From: Laetmonice hystrix | Taxonomy: Eukaryota | Assembly (NCBI GenBank): GCA_965235115.1 | Contig: OZ249436.1 | Location: 4,156,001 to 4,220,000 of the forward strand | DNA length: 64,000 bases | Reading direction: 5' to 3' | Part shown: in pieces, positions 47,744 to 60,335 of the stretch | Layout of the letters: every line of letters begins with the position of its first letter | Numbering within the stretch: position 1 is the stretch's first letter | Notes under the pieces: model-generated | What the model was told of the DNA's origin: nothing | The model's input: only the letters and a program-made list of their open reading frames with translations | Databases searched by the model: none | Translations under genes and position numbers: made by a program

Positions 47744-50700
47744 ATGTATCAGTACAACAAACAAAGGAGTAGGGCGACCATTTCGCCAAAAGATGTAAGT
47801 ATTCTGGTTCTATGTCTGTCGCCTTTGGCAGGTCAGTCGGTGGGGACTACCCTCGAAGAGTGAAGACGGTAACGTTAGTGAACGAGGCCCGCTGCCAGTG
47901 CGAGCTGTCAGTCACTGCCGCAGTGGCTGCAGCGCCAGACCGCGAAACGAACCGTGAACATGAAAAGTTGAACTAAAGCCAGTAAAGGCTTGACTTGACA
48001 TGGTCTCGTCATGGCCTGGCCCTGCCTGTAACGACCTTCCAGTATGTGACCAGCAAGTGCAGCCTGGAGCAGGGCCGAGGGGGTGTTTCTCACTTCTGGC
48101 CGCTCACTTCTGACGTTCTGTTTGTATCCCTCAGCCAGACCCAGGGTAAAAAAAGGGAGGAGGGCGCCCTTACCACTGTTTCCCACTTGATGTGGCCCCC
48201 TACTAACAGGGAGTACGTTAGCGGTCGCCACGCTCGCAAACGCGAATACCTACCGCTTGTGGCGAGGTCCACTGCCAAAATAAACCAACAAATTCGCCAC
48301 GCGTGCGAATTCCACTATCCCCCAGTTTATAGCCCAGGTATCCCCCGGGAGTGCCGTTTCTCTCAAAGCCCGCACGGCTCATCCGCCACATGTATTGACT
48401 CTGGGTGGAGCACTGTGTGTAGGTGTCACATGTAGGTGATCAGGGACCATGGTGACCGATCCACACAGCCCGGTCACTGCGCCAGGCCAGGGTACCACAT
48501 ACGCACTGCCCAGGTCGCCGACCTCAGTGCTGGCCCGTCACCCCTTGGCCATGGCCCTCACTCCTCATGTGCTGGGAGAGGCCAGGTGATACCAGGTCAC
48601 ATGGCATGAAGGTGGGGAGTCAGCTCGGCCCGCTTAATATGGGGTGGGGTCGGGGTTGTTAGGGGGGATCGCCGCAATAAGGGGTATATAGCCTAGGTAT
48701 GGTACCCCTCAATGTGGGCCGGGCCCCTACTGAGACATCCCGATATTCTTGCCGAGAGGGCCACTTGTGTAGAGTTATCCTAGCTCTAGACAGCTCATTC
48801 CTTTAAAGAAAACTGTCACTACACACAGGCAGCAAATGACAGCGAATGAAAGTACCTTTCTTTTAAGAAACAGCAAACACTTTATAATATACAGAGAAAT
48901 TAATATAATCTAAATAAAAAAAAAACAACATTTCCTTAACAATACTGTGGCTAAAACTTTTTCCATGTGGCGAGTTCTTTTCCTCAGTTGTTAGCCACTG
49001 TGGCTAAGACCCAAAATTCACTAGTGTGCTCCCTGACTAAAGTACTACGGGTGTACTACCATGGTTGACTATGAGTATGACTGTGTGTAGACCATGTAGA
49101 CCATATGGACAGTCGTAGTGTAGAGAGTCTGATGTAGTACCGTAATAGAACTGACTAGGCATAGGTGTAGAGAGTCTTAATGTAGTACAGAACTAGGCAT
49201 AGAACTAGAAGAAGTGTCGACTGTCGTTGCCATTACGTTAAGATTAGGCATAGCCGTAAAGTACTTCTATTAAACTGAGGCAGTATTGCATGACACCATT
49301 AGATGAGTACCAGTTGTGACTGTCCATCGTCTCACTCATACTCGTACGTCGTAGATCATTATGTGGATATGATGCCGGCAAAGCTCATATTCATCATGTC
49401 ATATTCTCATATTACTGCAAGTACCAGGCCAAGGGTTACTAGGGTTTACACGTACTAGGCTTGAAGATCTGTCCTGTGTTAACGTCCCTATTGAAAATAT
49501 AGGTTTGAAAGATCATATGACTAACAAATGATAGATCATGAAACTCATCTTGATGAACTTTGAACTGGAACTAATCTACATGTATGCTGAAACGTTTATA
49601 GTACCGGTATTTCATGAAAGTGACAAAATGTTTAACAAATCCTCAGTGACACCATTACATACTTCAAAACAAAGTCAAACTCAAAAGTCAAAGGTAGGAT
49701 TCATGCTGTAGTTATTTTCTGTGTTGTTTTCCATCCTGTATCTGCTGTGTTCAACCCGTCCTTTTTGTTTTAGAGTGAAGGTGCACAACATCACACATAA
49801 AAAGCATGATATTAAGTGGTAGATGATTTATATTTGGTGTTTAAATATTTTTATAAAGTAATTATTTATTTTTCACAAGGGTGAAGTATAATTTAAGAGT
49901 GAGTGTAACATATTGTGAAGCTTACCAGTGTATATTATTTAATTTTGTTACTTTCACCATTTTTTCAATCTATGATTTGGCTCAGTCAACATAAAGTGTG
50001 ATTTGTTGTTGATCTGAATATTCTCAATGCACTCTTGAAATTTGCCCTGCCCTCTCCCACAAACAGTTATGATGTAAAAATATAGAGACCTGTAGAAAAA
50101 AAGTTGATATGACTCATCGGTATAATTCTCTCTCTGAGGTTATATAATGTTTAAGATCATGATGAGTAAAAATTTTCAGTTTCTTGAAGAGTGAGTCAGT
50201 TTCATTTGAGTTGGAGTTTAAACTTTGATATTTTAATTTACAGGGCCTCATGTTTGGACCACAGTTCAGCCTTCAAGCATCTGCAACCACTGTTTGTGAG
50301 CGTCCCCTGAAGCAGGTACAACCTTGGATTAGTCTCGTGCCTGCTGCTTTTCAGGGCACTTGAATCTAAGTGAATCTTAATAATATTGGCAATGTATGCT
50401 TTGGAACAGTGATAAATTTCAATGTAAACCCTTTTGTTGTTACCCCTATAGGGAGTGAAAATAACGTCACAATCTTGTTGGATTTTGCCAGTTCCTGGAA
50501 TACGCCGCTTGGCGGCAATGGTTAAAGTAATGTACCAAATCTTACAACATCCCCCACCAGGCCTACTGCAATTATCAGACCTTGCCGTTTGACGGGCGCG
50601 ATCGCGCTTGCGCCCCCTAAGCGCCCCCAAAATCTGTTTCAGAAGCGCTGTTTATCGCGCCCCTCAACTTCACTGACTGACGTGAATTTATTTGTTCCTC

Positions 50701-53700
50701 AACCATGTCTGAGGCAACCTCAAAAACGCTGTCTGTCTCCTCCTTGTCCCCCAGTCATTAATGAGTCAATCATTTCTGAGACGGCTCCTAGGACCTCTTT
50801 AGGCAGCCTATGCCAAACCTTATAAACTACCCTGAGTTTACCTGGAAATACCCAAACGTGGGACAGGAACGATTTCTAGGGGAGTGATTTAGCTCTCCTC
50901 GAATAACCAAGGAGAGTGATAGATCACTCCCCTAAAGATTTCAAACGGCAAGCACTGAATTATTGATTTCCAACTTTGTACACATCATTTCTGTCACTGC
51001 ATGATAAACTTAAAGGCCGCCGTTCACCGATAAACAATTGTTTGTTCGGCGTTTTGATCACTGCACACAAGCGGATTTTTGCTCGTGAACAAAATGTTCG
51101 TGAACAAATGTTCATCATCTGCGGCGGCCTTCAGTCTAAATCTAGCCTCAAAATATTTATAACTCTGCTTATTTTTTCACGTGCGGTGATTCTCCTATGT
51201 TTAAAACTCTGTGCTATTCCCCGGAAGTGGCTCTGTTCCACCCATTATCATACCACATACCACAGGACGACGTCACTTTCACTCCCTATTGAAGTTAGTC
51301 TGTCCTCCATGTTTGGTAAAATTCTCCAAACTCCTAGTGAAGTTACATACCAAAAACTTGAGTACCGTTTTGAGTTTAACTTGAGTTTGCTGGTGTTTTC
51401 CCAGATGCTGTCTGGCACTAAGGAGGCCCAGCCATACCAGAGAAGTGATGTATCTGCTCCCAGCCCCACTATGAGGAAGATATTGAGTAGTCAGTCGAGT
51501 GACGGTGGACAGTTGAACAGTGCTGCTTCTTCAGGTAAGTTTGTTACAGCAAAAATATCCTAACACAGATTTCGCTTGACTGAATTTTGTACATAATGTA
51601 AAGAGGCACAGAATAAACTGCAAATAATTCTTGCTGTGGAAGTTATCCCTATTAAATGTTAAAGTAAGATGTCATGACATCTTGAATTCATCTCATTGAG
51701 TGTGAATGAGTATAATAGTAAACTTGAATTGGAATGGTAATTTTGTCTACAGCTAGCTCAGGAAGACCTGGTGAGTTAGGGTACTCGTCATATAGCAGTC
51801 TGGTAAAATACTGTAAAAAAATCTACAGGCCACTTAGTCCCCACTTCACAGGAGTAACAAATTCTTGATTAACATTTCCTCCGGCGTTGGCTCATTTGAT
51901 ACTAGCTGACCTGGTTTGGAAATACTGCCAGCTTGTTTGGTCCTTTGATCCATGCTAGTTACACCATCTGGCATAAGTCCAACACCCAAAACTTTGTCCT
52001 TTGTGTCCTCCACATGTTGCTCCACATGTCTCATGTTGTTAGGTCCTGTTCACTGAGATGAGGGTCTTGCCAGTCGTAAACTTTCTTTCATTGTCAATGT
52101 AGCAAAAGTAAATTATTACCGGTAAGTGACTATTGGCAAGCATACACTTAAGTAGGTAGAGTTCTAAACCAGTCAGTACTTCGGGAACATTCCATTTACA
52201 TGTGACGATTATGACTGGTTTAGATCGGCATGAAATTTTAAATCGTGTTCACCTCTTCCTGTTTAGACCCCAGTGTAAATTACAACAATACTTGACCCAT
52301 GTGGTAAATATTCGCTAAAGCTGTTACAACAATACTTGACCCATGTGGTAAATATTCGCTAAAGCTGTTACAACAATACTTCACCCATGTGGTAAATATT
52401 CGCTAAAGCTGTTACAACAATACTTCACCCATGTGGTAAATATTCGCTAAAGCTGTTACAACAATACTTCACCCATGTGGTAAATATTCGCTAAAGCTGT
52501 TACAACAATACTTTACCCATGTGGTAAATATTCGCTAAAGCTGTACTTACTCCACAGGTTCCAGCAGAGGAATGGTTCTCACCACGACACGGGGTAAACA
52601 CTGTTGACGTACATGTTGTTAGACCTACTTTACAGTTTACCCACACTGTTGGGCGTTAGGCCCGTTCTTTCTCAAGCACTGGTGAAGTGAAGAGCATGCC
52701 TTTAATCCCTCACCTTCTTTTTCGTCCTTCAAAGTTTGATTGTTCCGTGAATGCAAATTACAAAATTGGAAAATTTTATTGGTCTAGATTTTTTCACTTA
52801 AATGGTGAAGACCAAAGTCGTGTGGTGTGCAGAGATTTCATTATTATTTCATGGATGCAGGAAACAAAAGAAATTAATGATTACATGTCTGATCAGCAGT
52901 TGGCCTTGTCAAAATTATCATGTCAAATTCTGTGACAAGAGCCCAGCTACGGTAATTTTAATTAAATTAAGAAACCTCTATATATTAAATTTATATAATC
53001 CTTTGATGTGTACTGTCATGTTCAAAGTTACTCTAACTTTAACAACATCCAAAAACACTTTGTAATTTGTAATTTGAGGCTGAGCATCCTAACTTCTTGT
53101 TTCCTGTGTACATGTAGTTTGGTACCTGTCCAAGCCACCAGTCTGCATGTATCCCACCCCACACTCTGAGCGTCAGTTTGAGTCGCCGAGGCACGTACAA
53201 TGTACTTGGTGTTGTGTTGTTGTCGTCCCCACAGACCGCCTCCAACCTTCCTCAGCCGGTTCCTCATCCTGCTCCTCCATCACCCAGCACTCCTACCTGA
53301 GGGACAGGCGACACCTGGCCACGGCCTTCGCTCAGGACCTGAGCTACTCGGACGTTCAGGGTCAGTCGGTGCAGTCGGGTCACTCGGTGCAGTCGGGTCA
53401 CTCGGTACACGACGACCAGCGGGACCGTGTCCAGCACAATGCTGGCCGCGTCCGGAGAGTCCCTGTCTACCTCCCAGGTATACCACCAGGTGGAGCCCCT
53501 GTCCCTCACCACTCGGTTATGGTCAGACGTGCGTGAGGCAAAGAAAAGTAAATAAGGGTTATGAAAGAAGCCACACTTCCGCAGATTTCAAGCCCCTTTC
53601 CAAATCCCCCTTTTTTCACCCTCTCGGTTCATATTGCACACAGTTTAATGAATGACTTCCATGTTAAGGCACAGTGCATACAACTTCTCCTGTTCGCTCA

Positions 53701-56700
53701 GTCAGTGTTTTTAAGTAACCATTTATTATGCTCCATACTATGCTCTTTTGTCTTTACACCGAGGACACCATGGTGTTGGGTACCGTTTACAATCTTAGAT
53801 AAAATTAATGTCACAGAAAGTTGAATTTACTCAGTACTTTTGTTAAAAATGACCATAGATTGAGGTTTACAAGAACTGAGCACATTTGTCCTTGCTCATG
53901 CATCCTGACCTGTAGAAAGTAAAGATTTCATTTGATGAATGAAAAATAATCTTCGACTCATTTAGCAAACTGCACATATCTTTGATGGTTTGACCATGTA
54001 GTTAAAGATTACTTCTCTATTCCCGTCCGCATACTGCCGTCTGTTTAAGGACGCTCAGTTTATACAGTTTGACAAGTAGACAGAATGACAAGATGAGTGG
54101 CCACTGTTGTAGGTGATCGTGTCGTGTTTGCTGAGAGTCCCACGTCACCAGGTATACCTGTCGTATACAGGACTCAGGAGGAGCGAGCAGCCAACCCAGA
54201 TAGATTAAATCTCGACAGGTAAACTCACTCCTACTGTGTGCTTCTAAACTACCGTTATCTCGTCACTACCTGTTGTAGTCATACTTCAATTCTTTCTCAT
54301 AAAACTGTTAATACGTTAATAGAAACGGTTATTATAGGATTGTATTACTTTCTGTGACCAACGAGCATTCAAGGTCTGAGGTGACTAGTGAGAAAAACTC
54401 TATGACATGTAGTCGGATTAGTGTATTTTTTAGCCACCAGGGGGACAATGGCAGTGAAGGAAGTGATCAACTGATATTAGTATATATGTGTACCGCCAGG
54501 TGGACAATGGTAGGATGAACTGCTATATTAGTGTTTCTGTTTACCACCAGGCGGAGGCTAACAGTCTGCCCCCTACTGGAAGGCGAGGAACAACTGCGGC
54601 TGTTGAATTACCAGCACAACATGATATCCAGTATTGACCATCTCCATGGCCTCAAACGCCTCATCTTCCTTGATCTCTATGACAACCAGATCGACTGTAT
54701 CTCAGGACTGGATGCACTCAAGTCCCTGCGTGTTCTTATGCTGGGCAAGAACAGGTAAATTGGTCAATGGAAGTCGAGGCACTTAACATGAAATCTGCTT
54801 TCAATTTTTTTTAATTTTTTTTTATTGAGCATCTTTAAACAGGATTACCTACTCGGCTGAGAGCCGTCATGAAAGCGGGGTCCTGTAATCACATCATCCG
54901 ACATATGTACATGTTTTAAATTACACGATAAGATTGAAAGTCAAAAGTGAATACAATCTAGGGATTAAAAATAAGCATATTGAGATCACAGAAAACTAAC
55001 ACTACATCACACCATATATCACAGAGAACTAACACTACATCACACCATATATCACAGAAAAACTAACACTACATCACACCATATATCACAGAAAAACTAA
55101 CACTACATCACACCATATATCACAGAAAAACTAACACTACATCACACCATATATCACAGAAAAACTAACACTACATCACACCATATATCACAGAAAAACT
55201 AACACTACATCACACCATATATCACAGAAAAACTAACACTACATCACACCATATATCACAGAAAAACTAACACTACATCACACCATATATCACAGAAAAA
55301 CTAACACTACATCACACCATATATCACAGAAAACTAACACTACATCACACCATATATCACAGAAAACTAACACTACATCACACCCTATATCACAGAAAAC
55401 TAACACTACATCACACCATATATCACAGAAAACTAACACTACATCACACCATATATCACAGAAAACTAACACTACATCACACCATATATCATATACTTCA
55501 AACAAATGAGTTCAAAGTGTGCCACAGTATCACAGTTACTTCTGTTGGTCGATTCACCAGGAGTTCCTCTCTATGTTATTTTCTGATAGAAACATTTTTA
55601 TGGAATAAGTTTTGATTAGTTTTTTGAAGTAGTCATATTGATTAATGTTTCTTATGTGTGGTAGGAGGTGCTTCCATAACATCGGTTTGGTATAACAGTT
55701 GGACTTTTTAAATAATTCAGATTTGGGTAATGAGACATGTAATGGGACATGTAATGGGACATCGTGGGTTCTAGTTCGGATGTCTCTGTTGTCCATTTGT
55801 ACCTGTCTTTCTATTATCTCGTTAAAGGTGATTCCATGGTATGAGGATGTCTGTCATTTAGTACGAATTAGGTTTAACTTCTTCCACCATATATTTGCTC
55901 CTACTATTTTCAACAGAATCCGACGGATTGAACATCTTGAGGCCCTTACTAAGTTGGATGTCCTTGACCTTCATGGCAATAAGGTGTGTAGCATGCATCA
56001 ACACACTCTAAAAACAGATTGGTTGCCAAGATATTGGTTGAATTGATCAACCAATATTGATTGAAATGTGTCCAACCAATCTGGAATGGTTGGACACATT
56101 TCAATCAATATTGGTTAATTTAACCACATGTGTTTTTAGAGTGCACATGTTCACCAGAAACATCTAGTGTTTATCTGTTTGGAGTGTACGATTGGAGTGT
56201 ATTGTGGGGTATATATCTGATTGGAGTGTCGTGTGGGTATATCTGATTGGAGTGTATTGTGGGGTATATATCTGATTGGAGTGTCGTGTGGGTATATCTG
56301 ATTGGAGTGTATTGTGGGGTATATATCTGATTGGAGTGTCGTGTGGGTATATCTGTTTGGAGTGTATTGTGGGGTATATATCTGATTGGAGTGTCGTGTC
56401 GGGTATATATCTGATTGGAGTGTCGTGTGGGGTATATATATCTAATTGGAGTGTCGTGTGGGGTATATATCTGTTTGGAGTGTATTGTGGGGTATATATC
56501 TGATTGGAGTGTCGTGTAGGGTATATATCTGATTGGAGTGTATTGTGTGGTATATATCTGATTGGAGTGTCATGTGGGTATGTCTGATTGGAGTGTATTG
56601 TGGGGTATATATCTGATTGGAGTGTCATGTGGGTATATCTGACTGGAGTGTATTGTGTGGTATATATCTGATTGGAGTGTATTGTGGGGTGTATCTGTTT

Positions 56701-59700
56701 GGAGTGTATTGTGGGGTATATATCTGATTGGAGTGTATTGTGGGGTATATATCTGTTTGGAGTGTATTGTGGGGTATATATCTGATTGGAGTGTATTGTG
56801 GGGTGTATCTGTTTGGAGTGTATTGTGGGGTATATATCTGACTGGAGTGTATTGTGGGGTATATATCTGATTGGAGTGTATTGTGGGGTATATATCTGAC
56901 TGGAGTGTATTGTGGGGTATATATCTGATTAGAATGTATTGTGGGGTATTTATCTGATTAGAATGTATTGTGGGGTATATATCTGATTGGAGTGTATTGT
57001 GGGGTATATATCTAATTGGAGTGTATTGTGGGGTATATATCTGTTTGGAGTGTATTGTGGGGTATATATCTGTTTGGAGTGTATTGTGGGGTATATATCT
57101 GTTTGGAGTGTATTGTGGGGTATATATCTGTTTGGAGTGTATTGTGGGGTATATATCTAATTGGAGTGTATTGTGGGGTATATATCTGTTTGGAGTGTAT
57201 TGTGGGGTATATATCTGATTGGAGTGTATTGTGGGGTATATGTCTGACTGGAGTGTATTGTGGGTTATATATCTGTTTGGAGTGTATTGTGGGGTATATA
57301 TCTGACTGGAGTGTATTGTAGGGTATATATATATCTGATTGAAGGTGTATTGTGGGGTATATATCTGACTGGAGTGTATTGTGTATGATTGGAGTGTATT
57401 GTGGGGTATATAGATATCTGATTGGAATGTATTGTGGGGTATATATCTGACTGGAGTGTATTGTGGGGTATATGTCTGACTGGAGTGTATTGTGGGGTAT
57501 ATATCTGATTGGAGTGTATTGTGGGGTATATATCTGATTGGAGTGTATTGTGGGTATATATCTGATTGGAGTGTATTGTGGGGTATATATCTGACTGGAG
57601 TGTATTGTGTGGTATATATCTGATTGGAGTGTATTGTGTGGTATATGTCTGACTGGAGTGTATTGTGTGGTATATATCTGATTGGAGTGTATTGTGGGGT
57701 ATATATCTGATTGGAGTGTATTGTGGGGTATATATCTGATTGGAGTGTATTGTGGGGTATATATCTGATTGAGTGTATTGTAGGGTATATATCTGATTGG
57801 AGTGTATTGTGGGGTATATATCTGATTGAGTGTATTGTAGGGTATATATCTGATTGGAGTGTATTGTGGGGTATATATCTGATTGGAGTGTATTGTGGGG
57901 TATATATCTGATTGGAGTGTATTGTGGGTATATATCTGACTGGAGTGTATTGTGGGGTATATGTCTGACTGGAGTGTATTGTGGGGTATATATCTGATTG
58001 GAGTGTATTGTGGGGTATATATCTGATTGGAGTGTATTGTGGGGTATATATCTGATTGGAGTGTATTGTGGGGTATATATCTGATTGGAGTGTATTGTGG
58101 GGTATATATCTGATTGGAGTGTATTGTGGGGTATATATCTGATTGGAGTGTATTGTGGGGTATATATCTGATTGGAGTGTATTGTGGGGTATATGTCTGA
58201 CTGGAGTGTATTGTGGGGTATATATCTGATTGGAGTGTATTGTGGGGTATATATCTGATTGGAGTGTATTGTGGGTATATATCTGATTGGAGTGTATTGT
58301 GGGGTATATATCTGACTGGAGTGTATTGTGTGGTATATATCTGATTGGAGTGTATTGTGTGGTATATGTCTGACTGGAGTGTATTGTGTGGTATATATCT
58401 GATTGGAGTGTATTGTGGGGTGTATATCTGACTGGAGTGTATTGTGGGGTATATATCTGTTTGGAGTGTATTGTGGGGTATATATCTGATTGGAGTGTAT
58501 TGTGGGGTATATATCTGTTTGGAGTGTATTGTGGGGTGTATATCTGATTGGAGTGTCGTGTGGGGTATATATCTGATTGGAGTGTATTGTGGGGTATATA
58601 TCTGATTGGAGTGTATTGTGGGGTATATATCTGACTGGAGTGTCGTGTAGGGTATATATCTAATTGGAGTGTCGTGTGGGGTATATATCTGATTGGAGTG
58701 TATTGTGGGGTATATATCTGATTGGAGTGTATTGTGGGGTATATATCTGATTGGAGTGTATTGTGGGGTATATATCTGATTGGAGTGTATTGTGGGGTAT
58801 ATATCTGTTTGGAGTGTATTGTGTGGTATATATCTGATTGGAGTGTATTGTGGGGTATATATCTGTTTGGAGTGTATTGTGGGGTATATATCTGATTGGA
58901 GTGTCGTGTGGGGTATATATCTGACTGGAGTGTATTGTGGGGTCTATATCTGATTGGAGTGTATTGTGGGGTCTATATCTGATTGGAGTGGTAATGATGT
59001 GCTAGACTGACCCTGTAATGATGTGCCAGGCTGACACCGTAATGATGTGCTAGACTGACCCTGTAATGATGTGCCAGGCTGACACCGTAATGATGTGCTA
59101 GACTGACCCTGTAATGATGTGCCAGGCTGACACCGTAATGATGTGCTGGACTGACCCTGGAATAATGTGCTAGACTAACTAGACTCGTCATGTACGAGAC
59201 TGACACTGTAATGATGTGCTAAACTGACAAGACTCTGACTCATCATGTGCTGAACTGACTGTAATTATGTGATTTGTGTTGACAGATCAGTCAGGTAGAG
59301 CACCTATCTCACCTGTCAGAGTTGAGGGTTCTGGACTGACTAGACTCTGTCTCGTCATGTGCTGGACTGACTGTAATGATGTGATTTGTGTTGACAGATC
59401 AGTCAGGTAGAGCACCTATCTCACCTGTCAGAGTTGAGGGTTCTGGACTGACTAGACTCTGTCTCGTCATGTGCTGGACTGACTGTAATGATGTGATTTG
59501 TGTTGACAGATCAGTCAGGTAGAGCACCTATCTCACCTGTCAGAGTTGAGGGTTCTGGACTGACTAGACTCGTCATGTGCTGGACTGACTGTAATTATGT
59601 GATTTGTGTTGACAGATCAGTCAGGTAGAGCACCTATCTCACCTGTCAGAGTTGAGGGTTCTGGACTGACTAGACTCTGTCTCGTCATGTGCTGGACTGA

Positions 59701-60335
59701 CTGTAATTATGTGATTTGTGTTGACAGATCAGTCAGGTAGAGCACCTATCTCACCTGTCAGAGTTGAGGGTTCTGGACTGACTAGACTCTGTCTCGTCAT
59801 GTGCTGAACTGACTGTAATTATGTGATTTGTGTTGACAGATCAGTCAGGTAGAGCACCTATCTCACCTGTCAGAGTTGAGGGTTCTCAATCTGGCCGGGA
59901 ATAACATAGAAAACGTGGACAACTTGTCCGGAATGGAAGCTCTCACCGAACTCAACCTCAGACGCAATCGCATTCGTACCCTGGTAAATATCTTACATTT
60001 GTGGCAATTGAACAAAATAAGCTATTTTTCCTGAGACTATAAATGGTTAAATTACAATAGATATAAAGGATATAAAGACTTGAAATGGTGAAAGCATGGG
60101 TTGAGTGTCTCCAATAGAAAGTGAACTGTTTACATTATGATTCTACCCAATATTATTGATTCTGGTATTCCGGAAGTGCTAATGCAAAAAGAAAGTTGCG
60201 ATTAAAGTTAAATGTGGAGATGTAAGTGTTTATTATTTCTGTAGACTGGATCTGTATTGTTTACACCTTGTAGAACGATGTTGACAACTTGCCAAGTCTA
60301 CAACGCCTTTTCCTGAGCTTCAACGAGATTGCTTG
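47744..60335 (+). CDS. LRRC49: Leucine-rich repeat protein 49 (tubulin polyglutamylase complex subunit), 5' part; continues beyond the window
   Basis: Exons 47744-47794, 50244-50315, 51405-51534, 51753-51770, 52558-52593, 53235-53477, 54113-54218, 54551-54754, 55917-55983, 59840-59983 and 60274-60335 are phase-consistent. PDRLNLDRRRLTVCPLLEGEEQLRLLNYQHN...LDLYDNQI...LRVLMLGKNRI...LDVLDLHGNKI...LRVLNLAGN...LQRLFLSFNEI. The first five exons are less certain. Confidence 0.92.
50576..50957. mobile_element. MITE with 17-bp imperfect TIRs and a 6-bp target duplication
   Basis: AATTAT|CAGACCTTGCCGTTTGA ... TCAAACGGCAAGCACTG|AATTAT; internal hairpin ~50877-50934. Confidence 0.7.
51014..51130. mobile_element. 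Small MITE-like element, possibly PIF/Harbinger-like
   Basis: TAA|AGGCCGCCG ... CGGCGGCCT|TCA. Confidence 0.5.
52280..52543. repeat. 44-bp tandem repeat, 6 copies, ending 14 nt before an LRRC49 microexon
   Basis: Unit TTACAACAATACTTSACCCATGTGGTAAATATTCGCTAAAGCTG. Confidence 0.96.
54985..55491. repeat. 33-34-bp tandem repeat, ~15 copies
   Basis: Unit ATCACAGAAAA(A)CTAACACTACATCACACCATAT. Confidence 0.96.
56004..56143. mobile_element. 140-bp CMC/EnSpm-like MITE
   Basis: CA|CACTCTAAAAACA ... TGTTTTTAGAGTG|CA (2-bp duplication, CACT termini); long internal palindrome centred near 56082. Confidence 0.8.
56171..58990. repeat. 29-bp satellite, ~95 copies, in an LRRC49 intron
   Basis: Unit ATCTGATTGGAGTGTATTGTGGGGTATAT. 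Confidence 0.98.
58991..59225. repeat. 24-bp repeat arranged as alternating A/B dimers (48 bp)
   Basis: GTAATGATGTGCTAGACTGACCCT alternating with GTAATGATGTGCCAGGCTGACACC. Confidence 0.9.
59223..59886 (+). repeat. ~112-bp tandem array of an LRRC49 splice acceptor plus exon start, 6 copies
   Basis: GTGATTTGTGTTGACAG|ATCAGTCAGGTAGAGCACC...GAGGGTTCT with AG ending at 59285, 59397, 59509, 59615, 59727 and 59839; only the last continues into the full exon. Confidence 0.97.
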
